Of a DNA stretch of 64,000 nt, positions 59,192 to 64,000 are shown one piece after another. The DNA is from a virus. The stretch spans positions 1-64,000 of IMG/VR virus record IMGVR_UViG_3300009514_000017; one strand, 5' to 3'. Below the pieces are notes generated by a model. It was not told the DNA's origin. It did no database searches and saw only the letters and a list, made by a program, of their open reading frames with translations. Position 1 is the stretch's first letter, and each line of letters starts with the position of its first letter. Made by a program: the position numbers and the translations under genes.

Positions 59192-59478
59192 CGGATCACC
59201 AATTGTAGAAAGGCACTTTGGCTGCCACACCTAGTGCAGCCATCAAGTCCTGGCGAGTCTGGGTCTGAGTCATCACCGCTGTTAAACATCCCTGGTAGTT
59301 CTCGCAACTCACCTGCTGTTTCTTTCAAGCACCTCAAGCATTCCCATCCAACATGACTCACGTTTTTCAATTCCTCCTGTAGATACATGCATTTGGCACA
59401 GTCAAACGCTGTACACAATCCCCTATCCTCGTTGTCAAGCATTAGCTGGCAGAACGCTATTCGATTGGCATATGGCAT
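59188..59478 (-). CDS. small Cys-rich protein
   Basis: C..CTAFDCAKC; CLRC; CTRC. Confidence 0.6.
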   Translation of the reverse strand: MPYANRIAFCQLMLDNEDRGLCTAFDCAKCMYLQEELKNVSHVGWECLRCLKETAGELRELPGMFNSGDDSDPDSPGLDGCTRCGSQSAFLQLVIR

Positions 59479-59491
59479 TTGGTTTGCCTGT

Positions 59492-59527
59492 CAATTAAAG
59501 GAAGGACGGGATCTACCCGTCCTTCCT
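59492..59527 (-). terminator. intrinsic terminator closing the mini-ORF transcript
   Basis: 12-bp stem aggaaggacggg/cccgtccttcct, followed on the - strand by ttaatt. Confidence 0.6.
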
Positions 59528-59537
59528 GCGGGACTCC

Positions 59538-59585
59538 CTAGAGACCGAGGGAGTCCCACAGCTCGTCGATGGCGTCATCGAACAT
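59538..59585 (-). CDS. 15-aa acidic mini-protein MFDDAIDELWDSLGL
   Basis: Perfect SD (AAAGGAGG) 5 nt upstream of the ATG; flanked by a candidate promoter and terminator; below the ORF-track cutoff. Confidence 0.55.
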   Translation of the reverse strand: MFDDAIDELWDSLGL

Positions 59586-59621
59586 TGACGCCTCCTTTCG
59601 GGGACGTTATGTCCCTCTACT

Positions 59622-59632
59622 CTCTTATGCCC
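59622..59632 (-). promoter_or_regulatory. candidate phage-specific promoter element GGGCATAAGAG
   Basis: Matches the 53565-53575 element; lies upstream of the mini-ORF unit. Confidence 0.4.
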
Positions 59633-59648
59633 TAAAATCGCTGTCTTT

Positions 59649-59681
59649 TCGTTGACCTAATCAGCACCTGACCTGTACTCT
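59649..59681 (+). promoter_or_regulatory. sigma70-like promoter TCG-TTGACC-N18-TACTCT upstream of the RNAP gene
   Basis: -35 at 59652-59657, -10 at 59676-59681. Confidence 0.6.
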
Positions 59682-59756
59682 CAGCATCGTCCAGGCTCGA
59701 AAACCCAAGGCGCTGGGTAGAGCCTCTCTTCACCGAGCGCGTCTTAGGTGAGGTAC

Positions 59757-62700
59757 ATGGCACGCATATCCCCGACTGAGGTCTTTGATGGCCTCAAGAA
59801 AAACACAGTCGAGTCCATCAAGTCCTACTTCCCGTTTGAAGAGGGAGGTAAGAGGCTTGAGGTCGAAGACGTTTGGGTCGATGACAAACTGGACGTCAAC
59901 GATATTCAATCACAACAGAAGGCCAAGCTCGATGACAAGACCTGGGGTGTAAAGGTCAAAGCCAAGATGAAGCTCACCGATATCAAGACCGGCAAGGTCT
60001 TGGATCGAGCTACGTCCAGTGTGGCCACTCTGCCGAAGATGACGAATCGCTTCGGCTACATCGTTGGTGGAAACGAGTATCAGGTAGACAATCTCTTCAG
60101 ATTGAAGAGCGGTGTCTACACCCGAATCCAGAACAACGGCGAGTTGGAGTCTGAATTCAACTTGGCCAAGAGCCCTGTGGGTGGTCGCGGGTTCTCGGTC
60201 CACTTCGATCCAGAACGCAAGAAATTCTCGCTTCTCTACAAGACAGCCAAGATTCCACTCCTCCCAATCCTCAAGAGCATGGGGATGGCAGACGATGACA
60301 TCAAGAAGAACTGGGGCAAGGAGATCTACGAGGCGAACTCCCCCAAGTCTCAGAAGGCTTATGACCAAGCACTGTTGGATTTCCAGACCAAGACCAGTGG
60401 AGATGCCACGTTCAAAGGGTCGAAAGATCCTAAGGAGTACATCAAGGAGTTCTTTCATCAGTCTGAGTTGCGACCAGACACGACCTCCATCACTCTAGGA
60501 AAGCCATTCGATAGAGTGAGCCACGAGGTTCTATCGATTGCAGCCAACAAGGTTCTCGGTGTGTCTCGAGGAACCAACGAGCCTGACGACCGTGACAGTC
60601 TGGCGTTCAAGGAAATCACCTCCACCGAGGACTTCATTCCAGAGAAGATCGAGAGGTCTGCTAGGGCTATCCGGGGCAAGCTTCGTCAGACTATGGGGAG
60701 GAAAGACAAGATCAAGGAGATTATCCCTTCCGGTGAAAGAGGTCTGTTTGGTCAGCCAGTACATGACTTCTTTACCAAGGGCGGGTCTGTTGCTGAGTTG
60801 TCTGACCAGACCAACCCATTGCAGATCTTGTCTGCACATCGCAAGACTACCTTGATGTCAGAGCAGTTCGGCGGCATGAAGTCCGAACACTCTCTCACCC
60901 CAGAGATGAAGGTGGTCAACCCTAGCCACATAGGGTTCCTTGACGTGATGAAGACTCCCGAAAGCAGTCGCTCGGGTATCACCGTCAATCTATCGCTACA
61001 GGCACAGAAGAGAGGTAAGGAGCTCGAGGCTCCTGTCTTTGATCTGAAGTCAAAGAAGTTGAAGTACGTCTCAGCCCACGAGTTTCATGGACGCAATTCT
61101 GTATTGCCAGACCAAGTCAAATGGGTTGATGGCAAGCCGGTGCCTATAGCCAGCCGTGTCAAGATGAAGGTCGTTGGCGGGGCGATAGAAGAGCGTCCGT
61201 GGACCGACGCAGATTCTGTAATGCCAACTGCCAAGGGCATGTTTGACTTCACCTCGAACATGATTCCTTTCTTGCCGTCAGACCAGGGCAACCGTGTGTC
61301 GATGGCAGATAAGCAGATGGAGCAGGCTATTAGCCTGAAGCATCGAGAAGCTCCACTCGTTCAGACCAAGACCGAGAAGGAAAAGACGTTCGACAAGGTG
61401 TTGGGAAACTTTGCCTCTCAGAGATCACCCGTTGCCGGGAAAGTAACCGCAGTTAGAGGTAATCAGGTTACGGTCAAGGACGCGAAGAACAAGAGTCATA
61501 ATGTCCACTTGTACGATCACTTCCCTACCAATGACCCAAAGGGAATGTTCCATTCCGAATCGTCTGTGAAGGTCGGAGACCATGTCTCAAAAGGCGATAC
61601 TCTGGCGGATACCAACTTCACAAAGGGTGGAAACCTAGCACTTGGAACCAACCTCCGAGTTGGTTACGTGCCATTCAAGGGCTACAACTTCGAAGACGGT
61701 GTCGTCGTATCTGAGACGGCATCTAAGAAGTTGACCTCCGAACATCTGTACAAAGAGTCACTATCTGTGTCCCCAAACGATGGGGATCGTATTGACAAGA
61801 ATAGATTTGTTGCGGTGGCCAAGCGCAAGATCGCTCAGATGCAGCCAGGAGAGCTGGACGCCATTGGTAGTGATGGTGTGGTCCGCGTTGGTTCACATGT
61901 TCAACCAGGTCAGGTGTTGGTTACTGCGGTTGGTAAAAGCAACCTGGACAAGAGAGATCATGCTCTAGGTTCATTCGGTCGTAGAGCCATGTCATTGGAG
62001 AAGGACAAGTCTCTGGTTTGGAACCACTCCAGTCCTGGAAAGGTGGTTCGTGTAGTCAAGAGCCCTAATGGTAAAGAGATAAAGGTTCACGTCAAGACTG
62101 AGGAACCTTTGGTCGTCGGCGATAAGGTGGCCGGACGCCACGGTAACAAGGGCATCGTCACTAAGATTCTTCCCGATGACGAGATGCCATTTACTGTTGA
62201 TTCTAAGACCAAGGAGAAGAGGCCCATACACGTCCTTCTCAACCCGACCGGCGTGCCTTGCTACGACGATAAGACTGAATTCTTGACCGACACTGGATGG
62301 GTTCAAGCTCCCAAGATCCATGAAGAGCATCGGTTCGCTACGATCAACCCGAAAACTCTAACTCTTGAATTCCAAGATCCAGAGGAGGTTTACCACATAC
62401 CTTACACGGGTAAGATGTACAGGATTCAGAACCAGCAGCTTGACCTACTAGTTACTCCTCACCACAAGCAGTTCACTGCCAAGAGAGGGAACCAGAAGCT
62501 GTATGGAGCGTTGGATTTAGATGACCAGGAGCTTCCGTCTCTGTTTTCATTGGATGAAGCACAGGAAATCATAGGCCAACCAAGGCGGTATCTAAAGGCT
62601 GCTAAGTGGAAAGGTGATAGCGCGGCTTTCTACTATATAGAGCCTGGAACTTACGCTGGAGTAGGGCCTAAGCCTACTCATGGAATGAACATCCCAGCAT

Positions 62701-64000
62701 CTATCTGGGCTGAGTTCATGGGATGGTTCTTGTCTGAAGGAAGCACGTACTTCAACAAGGCTAACTACAGCTACGTTACAGAGATTTCCCAAGACAAGAA
62801 TGTAAATCCAGAAAACTATGATCGCATTCGTACGGTCATGGAATTCTTTGGGCTTACGTTGGAGGAGACGGACTCTGGTATTCGCGTTAAGCACAAGGGC
62901 TTATTTGAACGACTGGCTTTGTTGGGTAAGGCTCGAGAGAAGTATATTCCTAGAGAGATCTTGGACATGGAGCCACGGCATTTAAGGCTATTCCTAGATG
63001 CTGCTGTACGAGGTGATGGATCTGAGACTTGGGATGCAGAGACGGGTCACTACGGTAACAAGAAGTATTGGACTGCTTCTAAAAGGTTGGCTGATGGGAT
63101 TCAGGAAGTAGCTGCCAAGCTTGGAATTGCAGCCAATATAAAGCGTGAGAGTCGTAGAGGTGATGACGCTTGCTACTACATTTCTTTGAGTGGGAGTCGT
63201 TTAGCGCCATGGGTAAATTGGTCATCAACGACTAAGTCTAACCAGGTTGAAGAGTGGGAGGACTACGACGGAGTAGTTCACTGCGCTACAGTTCCGAACG
63301 GAACTCTCTTGGTTCGTAGGAATGGAAAGGCAGTCTTCAGCGGGAATACAAGAATCAACGTTGGTCAGGTTCTAGAGACAGCAGCAGGGAAGATTGCTGA
63401 GAAGACTGGTAAGCCTTTCATAGTCGACAACTTTGGTGACCCCAAGTCCAACAATCGCAAGATGGTAGCGGATGCTCTTAAGGCACACGGGCTCACTGAT
63501 GAAGAAGATGTCTACGACCCGAGCAATGTGAAGAAGCCAATCGGTTCCGTCCTGGTTGGTCCACAGCACATACTCAAGTTGCAGCACCAGGTTGAAAAGA
63601 AGCTTACCTCCCGTGGTGGTTCAACTACTGCTGGTGGAGCTGGACTCAAGTTCGACAGTGACAGGCAGCCACAGAAGGGTGGGGAGCACGGGTCTCAGGG
63701 ATTTGGTCAGCTGGAACTCTACTCGTTGCTTGCACATGGGGCCAAGCACAACATCCGTGAGTTTGCCACGTACAAGTCCGACGAACAGAATGAGCAGTTC
63801 TGGGCGCAACTACAGTCCGGTAGAGAGCCGCCACCTCCAAAGGTGCCATTCGCTTACAACAAGTTTGAAGCTCTCCTAAAGGGGTTGGGTGTCAATGTAG
63901 AGAAGCATGGAACTGAGATTCAACTTCTACCATCAACAGACAGGCAGACTATTGCTGCTGCTGGTGGAGCGTCTGGGGAATTGAAGAAAGCCAACTTGAC
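59757..64000 (+). CDS. rpoB: multisubunit-type RNA polymerase beta subunit, intein-containing, apparently fused to beta-prime (3'-truncated)
   Basis: ATG at 59757 after GAGGT; open to the window end. Motifs: LPKMT..GYIVGGNE, DQTNPL, TPES..SG, IPFL..DQGNR..M..KQM.QA, GYNFEDG, GDKVAGRHGNKG, LNPTGVP|TRINVGQ, LKL.H.V..K, LLKGLGVNVE, then IQLLPST..TI....GELKK. Confidence 0.93.
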   Translation, partial: MARISPTEVFDGLKKNTVESIKSYFPFEEGGKRLEVEDVWVDDKLDVNDIQSQQKAKLDDKTWGVKVKAKMKLTDIKTGKVLDRATSSVATLPKMTNRFGYIVGGNEYQVDNLFRLKSGVYTRIQNNGELESEFNLAKSPVGGRGFSVHFDPERKKFSLLYKTAKIPLLPILKSMGMADDDIKKNWGKEIYEANSPKSQKAYDQALLDFQTKTSGDATFKGSKDPKEYIKEFFHQSELRPDTTSITLGKPFDRVSHEVLSIAANKVLGVSRGTNEPDDRDSLAFKEITSTEDFIPEKIERSARAIRGKLRQTMGRKDKIKEIIPSGERGLFGQPVHDFFTKGGSVAELSDQTNPLQILSAHRKTTLMSEQFGGMKSEHSLTPEMKVVNPSHIGFLDVMKTPESSRSGITVNLSLQAQKRGKELEAPVFDLKSKKLKYVSAHEFHGRNSVLPDQVKWVDGKPVPIASRVKMKVVGGAIEERPWTDADSVMPTAKGMFDFTSNMIPFLPSDQGNRVSMADKQMEQAISLKHREAPLVQTKTEKEKTFDKVLGNFASQRSPVAGKVTAVRGNQVTVKDAKNKSHNVHLYDHFPTNDPKGMFHSESSVKVGDHVSKGDTLADTNFTKGGNLALGTNLRVGYVPFKGYNFEDGVVVSETASKKLTSEHLYKESLSVSPNDGDRIDKNRFVAVAKRKIAQMQPGELDAIGSDGVVRVGSHVQPGQVLVTAVGKSNLDKRDHALGSFGRRAMSLEKDKSLVWNHSSPGKVVRVVKSPNGKEIKVHVKTEEPLVVGDKVAGRHGNKGIVTKILPDDEMPFTVDSKTKEKRPIHVLLNPTGVPCYDDKTEFLTDTGWVQAPKIHEEHRFATINPKTLTLEFQDPEEVYHIPYTGKMYRIQNQQLDLLVTPHHKQFTAKRGNQKLYGALDLDDQELPSLFSLDEAQEIIGQPRRYLKAAKWKGDSAAFYYIEPGTYAGVGPKPTHGMNIPASIWAEFMGWFLSEGSTYFNKANYSYVTEISQDKNVNPENYDRIRTVMEFFGLTLEETDSGIRVKHKGLFERLALLGKAREKYIPREILDMEPRHLRLFLDAAVRGDGSETWDAETGHYGNKKYWTASKRLADGIQEVAAKLGIAANIKRESRRGDDACYYISLSGSRLAPWVNWSSTTKSNQVEEWEDYDGVVHCATVPNGTLLVRRNGKAVFSGNTRINVGQVLETAAGKIAEKTGKPFIVDNFGDPKSNNRKMVADALKAHGLTDEEDVYDPSNVKKPIGSVLVGPQHILKLQHQVEKKLTSRGGSTTAGGAGLKFDSDRQPQKGGEHGSQGFGQLELYSLLAHGAKHNIREFATYKSDEQNEQFWAQLQSGREPPPPKVPFAYNKFEALLKGLGVNVEKHGTEIQLLPSTDRQTIAAAGGASGELKKANL
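62259..63347 (+). mobile_element. intein with LAGLIDADG homing endonuclease (363 aa) in RNAP beta
   Basis: Starts CYDDKTEFLT; block B LLVTPHH; endonuclease motifs FMGWFLSEGS and FLDAAVRGDGS; ends VHCATVPNGTLLVRRNGKAVFSGN, then +1 Thr. Removing it restores NPTGVP-TRINVGQ (cf. NPLGVPSRMNIGQ). Confidence 0.93.

Noticed and set aside
59492-59620. tRNA or known riboswitch in the four-hairpin region
   Set aside because: No cloverleaf, T-loop or CCA, and no aptamer consensus I recognise; the SD-ATG-ORF arrangement explains it better. An Rfam search is still needed.
59910-63879. The many short ORFs listed across 59.9-63.9 kb
   Set aside because: They are shadows of the single uninterrupted RNAP frame starting at 59757.
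1-64000. Stop-codon reassignment (alternative genetic code)
   Set aside because: Genes are long and densely packed under the standard code; TAG, TGA and TAA all end genes at sensible, often coupled, positions.
59757-64000. Bacterial chromosomal rpoB or host contamination
   Set aside because: The sequence is highly divergent and compact, is flanked by portal and phage genes, and has no rplL/rplJ context.
1-64000. Host assignment
   Set aside because: Nothing visible identifies the host; it needs spacer matches or phylogenies of RecA, HU and UDG.

Overview
This window is 64 kb of a large tailed-phage genome (probably a myovirus or jumbo-type phage, standard genetic code). It has three blocks. 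(1) 1-36.3 kb, + strand: virion and tail module. It holds small putative head/ejection proteins, a sigma70-family factor, large repeat-decorated tail and baseplate proteins (gp25-like, baseplate J-like, wedge-like) and a beta-helix tailspike. (2) 36.4-53.5 kb, - strand: replication, recombination and repair module with RusA, a Cas4-like nuclease, a PD-(D/E)XK resolvase-like nuclease, RecA, HU, a family A DNA polymerase, a Zn-rich SSB candidate, DnaG primase, DnaB helicase, family 4 UDG and an SF2 helicase. (3) 53.7-64 kb, mostly + strand: head-associated proteins, portal, and a long ORF missing from the supplied track (59757 to beyond 64000). That ORF encodes a bacterial-type RNA polymerase beta subunit with a LAGLIDADG intein and reads directly into beta-prime-like sequence. 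Most notable signals: an N-terminal [SA]F-x-DE-L-x-K-I-[SAG] tag shared by several small virion-region proteins and, in variant form, by the sigma factor; two apparent promoter classes that split by strand and module; a 15-codon acidic mini-ORF in its own structured transcription unit facing away from the RNAP gene; and P/Q-rich disordered regions with a shared PQFSPP motif in replication-module proteins. Together these suggest a self-contained, possibly virion-delivered transcription system. This is inference and untested. All calls come from motif reading by eye; no database searches were run.
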